A stretch of DNA of 64,000 bases from an uncultured Actinomycetota bacterium (lineage in GTDB: Bacteria > Actinomycetota > Actinomycetes > JACCUZ01), in contig CAWARY010000003.1 in assembly GCA_963784645.1 (NCBI GenBank), positions 62,561 through 126,560 of the forward strand, in the 5' to 3' direction. The first letter of the stretch is position 1. Every line of letters begins with the position of its first letter. The notes below the pieces were generated by a model. That model saw only the letters and a list, made by a program, of their open reading frames with translations. It ran no database searches and was not told where the DNA came from. Shown piece after piece: positions 44,421 to 55,496 of this stretch. A program made the position numbers and the translations under genes.

Positions 44421-45889
44421 CGACCTTTCTCGGCCTGCCCTCCTACGCCCCGCGGGGAGTGGGGCAGCTGCGCACCGAGCAGCCGTTCCCGCAGGCCGCG
44501 AGGGCGGCCCTCGCCGACACCCAGCTGCGCGCCAACATCGGGCACGCGACCCGGACGATCCGCGACAAGCGGGCCCGGGTGGTCGCCGAGGTGCCGGACT
44601 GGGAGCAGCTGCGACTGGCCGGTCAGCAGGTCAAGGCCGCCACGATGGCGCGGCTCGACGAGCATCTCGCGCGGCTCGAGCGTGAGGTGACAGCCCGCGG
44701 CGGCACGGTCCACTGGGCCCGCGACGCCCACGAGGCGAACGCGATCGTCGCCCGCCTGGTGCAGGCGACGGGCGAGACCGAGGTCGTCAAGGTCAAGTCG
44801 ATGGTTACCCAGGAGATCGGCCTGAACGAGGCGCTCGCCGACGTCGGGATCACCGCGTACGAGACCGACCTGGCCGAGCTGATCGTGCAGCTCGGGCACG
44901 ACAAGCCGAGCCACATCCTGGTGCCCGCGATCCACCGCAACCGGGCGGAGATCCGGGAGATCTTCCTCCGGGAGATGGCGGGGGTCGACCCCGACCTCAC
45001 CGACGACCCGCGCAGGCTCGCGATGGCTGCCCGCTCGTACCTCCGGCGCAAGTTCCTCACTGCCAAGGTCGGAGTGAGCGGGGCCAACTTCGCAGTCGCC
45101 GAGACGGGCACGCTGCTGGTCGTCGAGTCCGAGGGCAACGGCCGCATGTGCCTGACGCTGCCCGAGACGCTGATCACGGTGATGGGCATCGAGAAGGTCG
45201 TGCCGTCCTGGCGGGACCTCGAGGTCTTCCTGCAGCTGCTCCCCCGCTCCTCGACCGGCGAGCGGATGAACCCGTACACCTCGGCGTGGACGGGTGTCAG
45301 CCCCGGCGACGGACCGCAGTCGTTCCACCTGGTGCTGCTCGACAACGGGCGCAGCGCGACGCTCGCGGACGAGGTCGGGCGCGAGGTGCTGCACTGCATC
45401 AAGTGCAGCGCGTGCATGAACGTCTGCCCGGTCTACGAACGCACCGGCGGTCACGCCTACGGCTCGGTCTACCCGGGCCCGATCGGCGCCGTCCTGTCAC
45501 CACAGCTCACCGGCGTCGAGGACAACGCCTCGCTGCCGTACGCCTCGTCGCTGTGCGGGGCCTGCTACGACGTGTGCCCGGTGCGGATCGACATCCCGTC
45601 GATCCTCGTGCACCTGCGCGGCAAGCACGTGGAGGAGCGCCGCGCCGCCTCCCGGGTCCCGACCGCCGAGGCCGTCGCGATGGCCGCGGCGGCGTGGGTG
45701 ATGTCCGACCCCAAGCGGTTCGCGGCAGCAGAGAAGGCGTCGCGCGCCGGCCGGCTGCTCGCCCGCCGCGGCCGCCTGCGGTCCCTGCCGCCGCCGCTGT
45801 CGGCGTGGACGGGCTCGCGGGACGCGCCCGCTCCCCCGCCCGAGACGTTCCGCGAGTGGTGGGCCCGGACGCGGGGACCGTCCTCGTGA
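44417..45889 (+). CDS. lutB: Lactate utilization protein B (Fe-S)
   Basis: KVKSM, ETDLAE, PSHILVPAIH, ESEGN, CIKCSACMNVCP, SLCGACYDVCP. Confidence 0.92.
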   Translation: MTTFLGLPSYAPRGVGQLRTEQPFPQAARAALADTQLRANIGHATRTIRDKRARVVAEVPDWEQLRLAGQQVKAATMARLDEHLARLEREVTARGGTVHWARDAHEANAIVARLVQATGETEVVKVKSMVTQEIGLNEALADVGITAYETDLAELIVQLGHDKPSHILVPAIHRNRAEIREIFLREMAGVDPDLTDDPRRLAMAARSYLRRKFLTAKVGVSGANFAVAETGTLLVVESEGNGRMCLTLPETLITVMGIEKVVPSWRDLEVFLQLLPRSSTGERMNPYTSAWTGVSPGDGPQSFHLVLLDNGRSATLADEVGREVLHCIKCSACMNVCPVYERTGGHAYGSVYPGPIGAVLSPQLTGVEDNASLPYASSLCGACYDVCPVRIDIPSILVHLRGKHVEERRAASRVPTAEAVAMAAAAWVMSDPKRFAAAEKASRAGRLLARRGRLRSLPPPLSAWTGSRDAPAPPPETFREWWARTRGPSS

Positions 45890-46516
45890 GCGCGCGCGAG
45901 GACATGCTCGCCCGGGTCCGTGCCGCGCGCGGCTCGACACCGGTGGTCGAGCCCAGCCGGGACTACCGCGCCGATCGGCGAGCACCAGCCCGGCTCTGCT
46001 GCTCTGCTCGACCTGCTCGAGGACCGGCTGCTCGACTACCGGGCCGCCGTCCGGCGCTGCGACCCGGCCGGGTTGCGGCACGCCGTCGCCGAGGCGTTGT
46101 CGGCGGCCGGAGTCGACGCAGCCGGCGGGACGGTGCTGCTCCCGCCGGGCCTCCCGTCCGGCTGGGCACCCGACGGCCGGGCCGACGACGGGACGCTGAC
46201 GGCCGACGACCTGGACGGGTTCGCCGCCGTGGTCACCGCCTCCCGGGCGGCCTGCGCCGAGACCGGGACGATCGTGCTGGACGGTGGCCCTGACCAGGGT
46301 CGCCGGGCCTTGACCCTCGTGCCGGACGTGCACGTCTGCGTGGTCCGCGCCGACCAGGTCGTCGAGACCGTGCCGGAGCTGCTCGCCCGGCTGGACCCGA
46401 CCCGGCCGACGACGTTCGTCTCCGGACCGTCGGCGACCAGCGACATCGAGCTCGACCGGGTCGAGGGCGTGCACGGCCCGCGCACGCTCGCGGTCGTCCT
46501 GGTGTCGTCGGGCTGA
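45886..46516 (+). CDS. lutC: Lactate utilization protein C (LUD domain), frameshifted at ~45970
   Basis: N-terminus VSAREDMLARVR in one frame; AETGTIV, SGPSATSDIE, GVHGP in the next; span is 3n+1. Confidence 0.85.
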
Positions 46517-46686
46517 GCACGCCCCGGCGCGCGCCACGTCGAGCCGCCAGACCCGCGTGGCGCCGTACCGCTCGATAGTCCTGGTCCGCCCGGCTTTCGG
46601 CGCTTCTGCCGCCGTTGACGCCGGGTCCGGCCGGGCGCACGGTGAGTGGTGACCGCACGGGGGCCACCACCACCACGGGAGGACCC

Positions 46687-48177
46687 GTGCCTGCCACGAT
46701 CACCCGCCTCGACGGGAGCACTGTCATCCTCGACGACGAGCGGCTCACCGAGCTGCGCGGCACCTTCCGCGGCGAGGTGGTGGTGCCGGGAGATGCGGGC
46801 TACGACGAGGCGCGGGTGGGCTTCAACGCCCTCTTCGACCGTCGGCCGGGGATGATCGTCCGCTGCACCGGCACCGCCGACGTCATCGACGCGGTCGGGC
46901 TCGCCGCCGGCGAGGGGCTGCAGATCGCCGTACGCGGCGGCGGGCACAGCATCGCCGGGCACTCGTCGCCCGAGGGCGGCCTGCTCGTCGACCTCTCCGC
47001 GATGCGCGGCGTGTGGGTCGACCCGGCGTCGAGCACCGTGACGGCGCAGGCCGGCGCCACCTGGGGCGACGTCGACCGGGAGACGCAGGCGTTCGGCCTG
47101 GCCGTGCCCGGCGGCATCATCTCGACGACGGGCGTCGCCGGGCTCACCCTCGGGGGCGGTCTCGGCTGGCTGCACCGGAAGTACGGCCTGGCGTGCGACA
47201 GCCTGCGCTCCGTGCAGATGGTCACGGCGGACGGTCGACTGGTGCGGGCCAGCGCCGACGAGGAGCCCGGGCTGTTCTGGGCGCTCCGGGGCGGGGGCGG
47301 CAACTTCGGGGTCGTCACGACGATGGAGTTCGCGGCGCACCCGGTCGGCCCGATGATCTTCCAGGCCGCACCGATCTACCCGATGGCCGACGCGGCGGAC
47401 GTCCTGCGGAGGTGGGCCGCCTGGACCCGCAGGGTCCCGGACGAGGTGACCACCCGGGCCCTGTTCTGGACGTTCCCGGACGCCGAGGCGCTGCCACCGG
47501 AGATCCGCGGGCGGGACTCACTGATCCTCGCGGCCATCCACAGCGGCTCCGCGCAGGAGGGCGAGCGGGTGCTGCAGCCGCTGCGCGAGATGGGGTCGCC
47601 GCTGTTCGACCTCAGCGCTGCGGCGCCGTACCGGATGGCGCAGGCCGGGTTCGACGCGTTCTTCCAGAAGGGCACGATGCGCAGCTACTGGAAGTCGCTG
47701 TACCTGGACGACATCGACGACGCCGCGGTCGACCTGATCGTCCGCCGCGCCATGAGCCGGCCGCACCCGCTCACCCTCATCCACATCCCGCTGATGGGTG
47801 GCCAGACGTCACGCATCGCTCCCGACGGGACCGCCTTCGGCGACCGGAGCGCGCCGTACATGCTCAGCGTGGACGGGAACTGGCTCGACCCGGCCGACGA
47901 CGCGGCGGCGACGGCGTGGACCCGCGGGATGATCGCCGAGGCCGCCGCACTGCCGTCGGCGCGTGGCCTGTACCTCAACTTCAGCGGTGACGAGGTGCTC
48001 GACGGGGAGGCCCGTGCCGCGGCCTTCGGCGACAACCTCCGGCGACTCACCGAGCTGAAGGACCGCTTCGACCCGGCCAACCTGTTCCGGCTCAACAACA
48101 ACGTGCCGCCGTCACGGGTCGTCGAGATGCCGGGGCAGCGGATCACGCTCGAGCAGAAGGAGATGCACCGGAGCTGA
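46687..48177 (+). CDS. FAD-binding oxidoreductase (berberine bridge enzyme-like)
   Basis: RGGGHS, GLTLGGG, WALRGGGGNFG, YLNF, LKDRFDPANLF; GGGAGG RBS. Confidence 0.92.
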   Translation: MPATITRLDGSTVILDDERLTELRGTFRGEVVVPGDAGYDEARVGFNALFDRRPGMIVRCTGTADVIDAVGLAAGEGLQIAVRGGGHSIAGHSSPEGGLLVDLSAMRGVWVDPASSTVTAQAGATWGDVDRETQAFGLAVPGGIISTTGVAGLTLGGGLGWLHRKYGLACDSLRSVQMVTADGRLVRASADEEPGLFWALRGGGGNFGVVTTMEFAAHPVGPMIFQAAPIYPMADAADVLRRWAAWTRRVPDEVTTRALFWTFPDAEALPPEIRGRDSLILAAIHSGSAQEGERVLQPLREMGSPLFDLSAAAPYRMAQAGFDAFFQKGTMRSYWKSLYLDDIDDAAVDLIVRRAMSRPHPLTLIHIPLMGGQTSRIAPDGTAFGDRSAPYMLSVDGNWLDPADDAAATAWTRGMIAEAAALPSARGLYLNFSGDEVLDGEARAAAFGDNLRRLTELKDRFDPANLFRLNNNVPPSRVVEMPGQRITLEQKEMHRS

Positions 48178-48183
48178 CTCCGG

Positions 48184-48468
48184 TCAGCCGGCGACCGCCT
48201 CCGCGGCGGCGAGAACGCTGCTCACGGCCGACGCCGCCGCAGCGGCGTCGGCGCCGTGCGCCCTGATGCGCACGGTGTCGCCGGCGACCGCTCCGAGACC
48301 CATCACCGCCAGGACGCTGCGGGCGTCGACCTCTGTCCGGTTCGCCGTCGACAGGTGCACGACAGCGTCCAGGGGGGCCACCGCGCGGGTCACCTGACCG
48401 GCCGGCCGTGCGTGCAGGTCGGCGGGCAGCACCACGTCGAGGATGACCTCAGAGCTTGCGGACATCAC
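48184..48468 (-). CDS. ptsH: HPr phosphocarrier
   Basis: LHARPA (His15) and DARSVL (Ser46) motifs. Confidence 0.9.
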   Translation of the reverse strand: MMSASSEVILDVVLPADLHARPAGQVTRAVAPLDAVVHLSTANRTEVDARSVLAVMGLGAVAGDTVRIRAHGADAAAAASAVSSVLAAAEAVAG

Positions 48469-48853
48469 GCGCCCCCTCGGCCGCGGCCACGACCTCCGCG
48501 AGCGACGCGCCGCCGGCGGCCGTCACCGCCGCGGCCACCGCACCCTCCACGAAGGGCGCGTCGGCGATGAGAACCTCACCGGGTCGCCGGTCCGGCTCGG
48601 CCAGGTAGGCGCGGGCCGTGAGGACCGAGCTGCCGAGGTCCGGCAGGATCACGACACCAGCGCCGGTGTCGACCTTCTCCACCGCGGCGACGAGCGCGTC
48701 GGCGTCGGTACCGAGGCGGCCGTCCTCGGTCCCGCCGATCCCGACCAGGCGCACCGCGCCCCCGGAGACCTGGCCGGCGACGTCGGCGGCACCCTCGGCC
48801 AGGGCACGGCTGTGGGAGATGAGCACGATGCCTACCGCGCAGTTGTCGCTCAT
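48449..48853 (-). CDS. dhaM: Dihydroxyacetone kinase phosphotransfer subunit DhaM (EIIA-Man-like)
   Basis: IVLISHS, GGTEDG, DLGSSV, APFVEGA. Confidence 0.9.
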   Translation of the reverse strand: MSDNCAVGIVLISHSRALAEGAADVAGQVSGGAVRLVGIGGTEDGRLGTDADALVAAVEKVDTGAGVVILPDLGSSVLTARAYLAEPDRRPGEVLIADAPFVEGAVAAAVTAAGGASLAEVVAAAEGARDVRKL

Positions 48854-48871
48854 GGCTCTATCCTCGTCCCT

Positions 48872-48888
48872 GTTCGACGATGCTGAAC
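48872..48888. promoter_or_regulatory. Candidate IclR/GylR operator
   Basis: GTTCGACGATGCTGAAC, a near-identical copy of the palindrome at 53772-53788. Confidence 0.75.
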
Positions 48889-48918
48889 GCCTCGAGACCG
48901 AGACGAAGGGGACTGCCG

Positions 48919-49716
48919 GTGATCCAGTCCGTGGACCGAGCGGCCCGGATCCTGCACGAGCTGGGGTCGGGGAGCCCGACCCTGGGGGTCACCGAGCTGG
49001 GAGCCCGGCTGGACCTCGCGAAGCCGACCGTGCACGGGCTGCTGCGGACGCTGGAGCAGAGCGGACTGGTCAGCCAGGACGTCGCCACCGGCCGCTACTC
49101 GCTCGGCCCGCGGGTGCTGCAGCTGGGCAACGCCTACCTGGCCGGCTCCGAGCTGCGGGCCCGCTCGATGCTCCGGGCCGGGACGCTGGCCCGGCAGGTC
49201 GACGAGGCGGTCTGGGTGTGCGTCCTGGTCGACGACGCAGTCATGGTCGTGCACCACGAGTTCCGGCCGGACGACGCGGTGCAGATCCTCGAGGTCGGTG
49301 CGACGGTGCCCTGGCACGCCACGGCGTTCGGCCACGCCATCGCTGCCGGCCTGCAGGAGCGCGAGCTGGGTGAGCTCCTGGCGCTGCCGCGCCGGATCCT
49401 GACCGGGCGTACCCGCACCGACGAGGCGGCGCTGCGCAAGGCGTTGACGGCCGCCCGGGACAAGGGCGTCGCGGTCGAGAACCAGGAGGCCAACGTCGGG
49501 GACGCCGGCATCGCGTCGGCGATCGTCGACCACGCCGGCCGGGTGGTCGGCGCGCTCGGCGTCGTCGGGCCGGCCGAGCGCCTGCTGGCGCGTCAGGCGA
49601 AGGCGCGGCTGTCGCGATCGGTCGCCGACACGGCACGGGCACTGTCGCGCGACCTGGGCGCGAGCCGTTCGCCGGCGCCGGAGCAGCGAGTCAGGCACCG
49701 CGACCCCCGGAGCTGA
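48919..49716 (+). CDS. gylR: IclR-family regulator, GylR-like
   Basis: IQSVDRAARIL, LAKPTVHGLLRTL; HHEFRPDD..QILEVG resembles Streptomyces GylR as recalled. Confidence 0.8.
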   Translation: MIQSVDRAARILHELGSGSPTLGVTELGARLDLAKPTVHGLLRTLEQSGLVSQDVATGRYSLGPRVLQLGNAYLAGSELRARSMLRAGTLARQVDEAVWVCVLVDDAVMVVHHEFRPDDAVQILEVGATVPWHATAFGHAIAAGLQERELGELLALPRRILTGRTRTDEAALRKALTAARDKGVAVENQEANVGDAGIASAIVDHAGRVVGALGVVGPAERLLARQAKARLSRSVADTARALSRDLGASRSPAPEQRVRHRDPRS

Positions 49717-51273
49717 CGAGAGGCGCGGCGCCCAGCCCGGCGTCGAGGACCAGCGCGCGCACGTCGTCCAACCGGGACGGCGCAACGCTCAGGGTGGTCA
49801 CACCGGCCGCGAGCAGCAGGGGCAGCACCGTCGGATCGGCCGCGGCGTCTCCGCAGACGGACAGCGGCCGGCCCGCTGTCCTGGTGAGGTCGACGGCCCG
49901 CACGACCTGCGACATCACCTCGGGGTGGGCGGCGGCTGCCGGTCCGGTGCGTGGGTCGGTCCGCTGCACGCCGAGGGTCGCGGCCGTGAGGTCGTTGGTG
50001 CCCAGGGAGAAGAAGTCGGCCGCAGCCAGCAGCTCGGTCAGGTCGGCGATGGCCGCCGGCGTCTCGAGCATGGCGCCGAGCGGCGGTGCCGGCACCCCGA
50101 CCACCCGTGGCCGCGGCGGCCAGCGCCCGACGTACGGCATGCAGCTGGGCCGGTGTCTCGACCATGGGCACGAGCACCGACAGGTCGACGTCGCGGCCGA
50201 CGTCGAGAAGCGCCTCGAGCTGCGCAGCCAGCGCATCAGGGTCGCCCAGGAGCAGCGCGAGGGACTCCTCGGCGACCCCGGCGAGGAACGGCGGCACCTT
50301 GTCGTGGGTGAAGTCGAGCAGCCGCACGGTGACCGGGCGGCCGATCAGCTCGGCGAGCACCGGCCGCAGCGCGCGGGCGTGCTCGGCGCGGGTGGGCCAC
50401 CGGGTGGCGTCGAGATGCGCCAGCTCGGTGCGCAGCAGCCCGACCCCGACCGCGCCGTGCAGGACGGCGCGGCGCGCCTCGACCGCCGAGGAGACGTTCG
50501 CGAGCAGCCGCACGCCGATGCCGTCACGGGTTACGCAGCGGTCGGGCCCGCCGCTCGGCGACGGCGACCGGCTCGGGAGCCGCCGCCACGACCGATGCGA
50601 CCACGTCGGGAGCGGGGTCGGCGGCCACCCGCCCGGTGCCGCCGTCGACGAACAGGGGCACGCCGTCCGGCACGTCGAGCACGTCCGGCGCGGCGCCGAC
50701 GACGAAAGGGATGCCGAGCGAGCGGGCCACGATCGAGGCGTGCGAGCCCGGGCCCCCGCGGAGCGACACAGCAGCCACCACCTGCTCGGCGTGCCCGAGC
50801 AGGTCGGGGGCGGCCACCTCCGCGGCGACGAGGACGACCGGACCCGGCGGTGGGACCGCGGGCGCTCGCCCGCGCAGCCGGTCCTGCACGAAGCGCGTCA
50901 CCACCCGGACGTCGGCCGCGCGCTCTCGCAGCTCGACGGACTCGAGGGCCTCGAGGGCAGCGGCGTGCCGCTCCCCGGCGACCCCGACGGCGGCGGCCGC
51001 GTCGTCGGCGAGCGCCGCCACCGCCGCGTCCGCGAACGACGGGTCGAGGGCGATCATCGCCTCGACGTCGAGGATGTCGGCGTACGGCGTGCTGGCGGCG
51101 GCCCGGTGCCCGGCCGCCAGTGCCTCGAGCGCGGCAGCGGTCGCGGCGAAGGCCGCGCGGACCTCGGCCGGCGACGCGCTGACCGGTTCGGCTCCGGCGC
51201 CCCTCCGGGGCTGCCAGGCCGGGCCGACCGCCGCACCCGGCGAGCAGCCGCTGCCCCCGTGCTCGGTAGTCAT
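49691..51273 (-). CDS. ptsI: PTS Enzyme I-like PEP-protein phosphotransferase, split by two frameshifts
   Basis: GGPGSHASIVARSLGIP (phospho-His), GVGLLRTE, VRLLD, GAMLETP, FSLGTNDL and SVCGD occur in order across ORFs 50524..51273, 49593..50513 and 49691..50236. Confidence 0.82.
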
Positions 51274-51923
51274 GACTCCTGGCCCTCCAGCACCGTCGCG
51301 AGGGCGGCGAGCAGCAGGGCCGTGGACGTGGCGCCCGGGTCCTGGTGGCCGACGCTGCGGGCCCCGAGGTAGCTGGCCCGGCCCTTGAGCGCCTGCAGCG
51401 GGATGGTCGCCTCGGCCCCCTGCTCGGCTGCCGCCGCGGCCGCCGCCGCGGCCGCGGCGAGGGTCGCACCGGCGGCCAGCGCCTGCTGGTAGGCGCGGAC
51501 CGCCGGTGCGAGTGCGTCGACCATCGTCTTGTCCCCCTCGGCGGCGGCGCCGAGGCCCTGCACTCCCTCCAGCGCCGCAAGCAGCGCCGCTCCCAGCGCT
51601 TCCGGCGCCACGTCGGGCTCGGTTCCCAGTGCCTTGCCGGCCCGCCGGAAGGCGGTGCCGTACAGCGGTCCGGAGGCGCCGCCGACCTTGGACACCAGCG
51701 CGTTGCCCACGACGGTGAGCAGCTCGCCGGGCGTGGCCGGCTGCTTCTCGTCGAGGGCCACGCCCACGGCCTGGAAGCCGCGCACCAGGTTGACACCGTG
51801 GTCGGCGTCGCCGATCGCCGAGTCCAGGTGGGTCAGATGGTCCTTGTTCTCCTCGATGTCGTGCGTGGCCTTGTCGATCCAGGCGCGGACGGTCGTGACG
51901 TCCACCAGCAGCACCCCTTTCAT
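51270..51923 (-). CDS. dhaL: Dihydroxyacetone kinase ADP-binding subunit DhaL
   Basis: LDSAIGDADHG, GGASGPLYG, GDKTMVD, KGRASYLG, DPGA. Confidence 0.95.
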   Translation of the reverse strand: MKGVLLVDVTTVRAWIDKATHDIEENKDHLTHLDSAIGDADHGVNLVRGFQAVGVALDEKQPATPGELLTVVGNALVSKVGGASGPLYGTAFRRAGKALGTEPDVAPEALGAALLAALEGVQGLGAAAEGDKTMVDALAPAVRAYQQALAAGATLAAAAAAAAAAAEQGAEATIPLQALKGRASYLGARSVGHQDPGATSTALLLAALATVLEGQES

Positions 51924-51933
51924 CGCGGGCTCC

Positions 51934-52926
51934 TCAGCGGCCCCACCGCAGCGCGGGGGTCTCCACCGGAGCGTCCCAGAGCGCGGTCAGGTCCGGGGTG
52001 AGGCGCAGCACCGTGATGGACGCGCCGGCCATGTCGAGACTGGTGATGTAGTTGCCGACCAGCGACCGGGCGATGGTCGCGCCCTTGGCCTCGACGATCT
52101 TCCGGACCTCCTCGAACACGATGTACAGCTCGAGCAGCGGGGTGCCGCCCATGCCGTTGACCATGACCGCCAGGTCACCCTGCAGCGGCATGTCGTCGTC
52201 GATGGCGCCGAGCGACACCTCGACGATCTCCCGAGCCGACCGGATCGGCCCGCGCACCCTGCCGGGCTCGCCGTGGATGCCCACCCCGAGCTCGATCTCG
52301 TCGTCGGGCAGGTCGAAGCCGGGCTGACCGGATGACGGGGAAATGCACGCCGTGAGGGCGACGCCGAACGACCGCGAACGCTCGTTGACCTCGCGGGCGA
52401 CGTCGGCGACCGACTTGAGCTCCTTCTTCTGCTCGGCGAGCGCACCGGCGATCTTCTCGACGAAGACCGTCGCACCGGTGCCGCGTCGTCCAGCGGTGTA
52501 GAGGCTGTCCTGCACCGCGACGTCGTCGTCGATGACGACAGCGGCGACCTCGATGTTCTCGTCGGCTGCCAGCTCGGCGGCCATCTGGAAGTTGAGGACG
52601 TCGCCGGTGTAGTTCTTCACGATGTGCAGGACCCCGGCGCCGCCGTCGACCTTCTGGGTGGCCGCCAGCATCTGGTCCGGGACCGGGGACGTGAACACCT
52701 CGCCGGGGCAGGCGGCGTCGAGCATCCCGAACCCCACGAACCCGCCGTGCAGCGGCTCGTGGCCCGAGCCGCCACCCGACACCAGGCCGACCTTGCCGGC
52801 CGTCGGGCCGCCCGCACGGGTGATGACCTTGCCCTCGACGTCGACGGCCAGCGAAGGGTGAGCGGCGGCGATCCCCTTGAGGGCGTCGGTGACGACGTCC
52901 TCGGGTGCGTTGATGAGCTTCTTCAT
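51934..52926 (-). CDS. dhaK: Dihydroxyacetone kinase subunit DhaK
   Basis: [34 protein letters not shown]. Confidence 0.95.
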   Translation of the reverse strand: MKKLINAPEDVVTDALKGIAAAHPSLAVDVEGKVITRAGGPTAGKVGLVSGGGSGHEPLHGGFVGFGMLDAACPGEVFTSPVPDQMLAATQKVDGGAGVLHIVKNYTGDVLNFQMAAELAADENIEVAAVVIDDDVAVQDSLYTAGRRGTGATVFVEKIAGALAEQKKELKSVADVAREVNERSRSFGVALTACISPSSGQPGFDLPDDEIELGVGIHGEPGRVRGPIRSAREIVEVSLGAIDDDMPLQGDLAVMVNGMGGTPLLELYIVFEEVRKIVEAKGATIARSLVGNYITSLDMAGASITVLRLTPDLTALWDAPVETPALRWGR

Positions 52927-53687
52927 GCGGACACCTCCTGCGCGACGCGCGTGGACTGGGTCGGGACTGTGGCCGGCCGGGTCTTCGCGGCGGCCAGGTA
53001 GGCGAACGCACCGACGACGGCACCGGCGAACTCGCCGATGAAGTACGCCGGAAGCTGCGACCACTTGACGGTGGCGTCGAACATCTCCCCGGCGAACATC
53101 GGGCCGATGTAGCGGGCCGGGTTGAGCGAGGCGCCGGTCGCGGGGCCGACGACGATGATGATGGCGAACACGATCGACCCGATCACGAGACCGGCCCAGC
53201 CAGGGACGGCGCGGCCGTCGATGACGCCGAAGATGACGAACGCCAGCAGTGCCGTGCCGATGAGCTCGGCGAAGGTGGCCCGGCCGAACGGCGTGCTGTC
53301 GCCGTAGGCCGTCATGCCGAGACCGAGGTCGGCCGCGGTCCTGCCGAGTGTGCCGACGATGGCGAGCGCGCCGGCCGTGGCACCCACGACCTGCGCGGCG
53401 ACGTAGCCGGGCACGTCCTTCCACGGGAACCGCCCGGTCGCGGCCAGCGCGACCGTGACGGCGGGGTTGATGTGGCAGCCGGAGATGTGGCCGATCGCGT
53501 AGACCATGCCGACGATCACCAGCATGAAGGCGAACGAGATCATCCCGAGGTCCGCCATCGAGAACGGCACCTTGCCGGCGTTGCCGAGGATGAGGGTGGC
53601 CGGGATCGAACCGGCTCCGATGAAGACGAGGAAGCCGGTGCCCAGGGCCTCGGCGAACCAGCGCTGGGCGACTGTGTTCTGTTCCAT
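52923..53687 (-). CDS. MIP/aquaporin-family channel (glycerol/DHA facilitator-like)
   Basis: [10 protein letters not shown] and SLNPAR NPA motifs. Confidence 0.92.
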   Translation of the reverse strand: MEQNTVAQRWFAEALGTGFLVFIGAGSIPATLILGNAGKVPFSMADLGMISFAFMLVIVGMVYAIGHISGCHINPAVTVALAATGRFPWKDVPGYVAAQVVGATAGALAIVGTLGRTAADLGLGMTAYGDSTPFGRATFAELIGTALLAFVIFGVIDGRAVPGWAGLVIGSIVFAIIIVVGPATGASLNPARYIGPMFAGEMFDATVKWSQLPAYFIGEFAGAVVGAFAYLAAAKTRPATVPTQSTRVAQEVSA

Positions 53688-53771
53688 GCGGGCGTCCTGC
53701 CGGAGCCCGGTCACCGCCGGGTCGGGTGGACTCCACCTCCCTGCAGGGTCGGACGAGGGACTCGTCGCGGT

Positions 53772-53788
53772 GTTCGACGATGTCGAAC
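53772..53788. promoter_or_regulatory. Candidate IclR/GylR operator upstream of the MIP-dhaKL-ptsI operon
   Basis: Perfect palindrome GTTCGAC-GAT-GTCGAAC. Confidence 0.78.
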
Positions 53789-53877
53789 GTTGTTTCGGTG
53801 AAGTTAGGCCTGAGCGCGGGGGCTGTCAAGGGCTCGACCACACCTGTCCACGGCCGGCGTCCGGCAGGATGCCGGTC

Positions 53878-54234
53878 ATGGAGCTGCGCTGGGACGCCGT
53901 CACGATCGACTGCCGGGACCCCGAGACGCTCGCCGCGTTCTGGTGCGCACTGCTCGGTGTCGAGGTCCGGGGCAGGTGGCAGCAGTACGTCGGCCTGCAC
54001 CCGGTGGCACCCGGCCTGCCTCGCCTCGTGCTGCAGCGCACCGACGACCCACGCCCGGCGAAGAACACGCTGCACCTCGACCTGCACGTCCCGTCGGCCG
54101 ACGACCTGCCGGCAGCCGTCGAGCGGGCTGTGGGCCTGGGCGCCCGGCTCGTCGCCGAGCACGAGGAGGACGGCCAGTCCTGGCGGACCCTGGCCGATCC
54201 CGAGGGCAACGTCTTCTGCCTCGTCGCGGACTGA
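53878..54234 (+). CDS. VOC/glyoxalase-family protein
   Basis: [33 protein letters not shown]. Confidence 0.9.
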   Translation: MELRWDAVTIDCRDPETLAAFWCALLGVEVRGRWQQYVGLHPVAPGLPRLVLQRTDDPRPAKNTLHLDLHVPSADDLPAAVERAVGLGARLVAEHEEDGQSWRTLADPEGNVFCLVAD

Positions 54235-54262
54235 GGACCGCCGGTGCGGGAGGCGACCGCGG

Positions 54263-55492
54263 TCAGGCGGCCGCCGGACGGCGGCCGAACACCCAGTGCC
54301 GCAGCAGCAGGAAGCGCAGCAGCGTCGCCGCCAGGTTGGCCGCCACGAGGGCGGCCAGCTCGACCGCACGGGACGGGTCCGACCAGGCGTGCAGGGCGGC
54401 GAGCGAGCCGCTGGTGAGCAGGAGGCCGAGTCCGAAGACCGCGAGGCCGCCCGCGTGGTGCCGGCCCCGCCGGTCGCCGCCACGTACGCCGAACGTCAGG
54501 CGACGGTTGGCCGCCGTGTTGCCGACGGCCGTTAGCAGCAGCGCGACGAAGTTCGCCGCCTGTGCCCCGAGGCCGGGACGGGCGGCGAGGAACAGCGCGA
54601 GGTAGGCCAGCGTGCTCACCACGCCGATCGCAGCGAACCGCACGAGCTGACGGGTCAGCGTCGCGGGCACCTCGGCCGGCGGGGCGAGCGGCGCCCGACC
54701 GAGCTGGGACCGCACCGTGTGCAGCGGCAGCCGTCCCGCCGCGAGGGCCCGGCCGACGCGCGCGATGCCCCGCAGGTCGGCCACCGCGGTGGCCAGCACG
54801 TCGACCCGGCTGTCAGGATCGTCGACCCAGTCCACCGGGACCTCGTGGATCCGCAGTCCGCTGCGCTCGGCGAGCACCAGCAGCTCGGTGTCGAAGAACC
54901 AGCCGTTGTCCTCCACCAGCGGGAGCAGGTGCTCGGCCACCTCGCGCCGGATCGCCTTGAAGCCGCACTGCGCGTCGCTGAACCGGGCGGCCAGCGTGCC
55001 GCGCAGCAGCAGGTTGTAGCCCCGCGAGATGACCTCGCGCTTGGCGCCGCGCACGACCCGCGAGCCACGGTGCAGTCGGGTGCCGATCGCGATGTCGGAG
55101 TGGCCCGACACGAGCGAGGCCACGAGCGGCAGCAGCGCGGACAGGTCGGTCGAGAGGTCGACGTCCATGTAGGCGAGGACCTGCGCGTCGGACCTGGACC
55201 ACACGTCGCGCAGGGCGCGGCCACGGCCCTTCTGCCGGAGGTGCACGACCCGGACGTCCGCCAGCTCGGCGGCCAGGTCGGTGGCGATGTCGAACGTCGT
55301 GTCGGTGCTGGCGTTGTCGGCCACGGTGATGCGGAACGAGTACGGCAGGCTCGCTGTCAGGTGCTCGTGCAGCCGCCGGACGCTGCGGGCGAGGTCGGCC
55401 TCCTCGTTGTGCACGGGCACGACGACGTCCAGCACCGGTGGTGCGGCAACCGGCGGCGGCACGAGCCGCGGCGCCTGGACGAGGTCGGTCAC
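54263..55492 (-). CDS. Glycosyltransferase family 2 (polyprenol-phosphate hexosyltransferase-like) fused to a GtrA domain
   Basis: [37 protein letters not shown]; C-terminal GtrA-like TM helices. Confidence 0.9.
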   Translation of the reverse strand: MTDLVQAPRLVPPPVAAPPVLDVVVPVHNEEADLARSVRRLHEHLTASLPYSFRITVADNASTDTTFDIATDLAAELADVRVVHLRQKGRGRALRDVWSRSDAQVLAYMDVDLSTDLSALLPLVASLVSGHSDIAIGTRLHRGSRVVRGAKREVISRGYNLLLRGTLAARFSDAQCGFKAIRREVAEHLLPLVEDNGWFFDTELLVLAERSGLRIHEVPVDWVDDPDSRVDVLATAVADLRGIARVGRALAAGRLPLHTVRSQLGRAPLAPPAEVPATLTRQLVRFAAIGVVSTLAYLALFLAARPGLGAQAANFVALLLTAVGNTAANRRLTFGVRGGDRRGRHHAGGLAVFGLGLLLTSGSLAALHAWSDPSRAVELAALVAANLAATLLRFLLLRHWVFGRRPAAA

Positions 55493-55496
55493 GTCG

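Noticed and set aside
51934-54483. 849-aa extended DhaK
   Set aside because: The real DhaK starts at MKKLIN (52926); the upstream part is an off-frame read through the MIP and VOC genes
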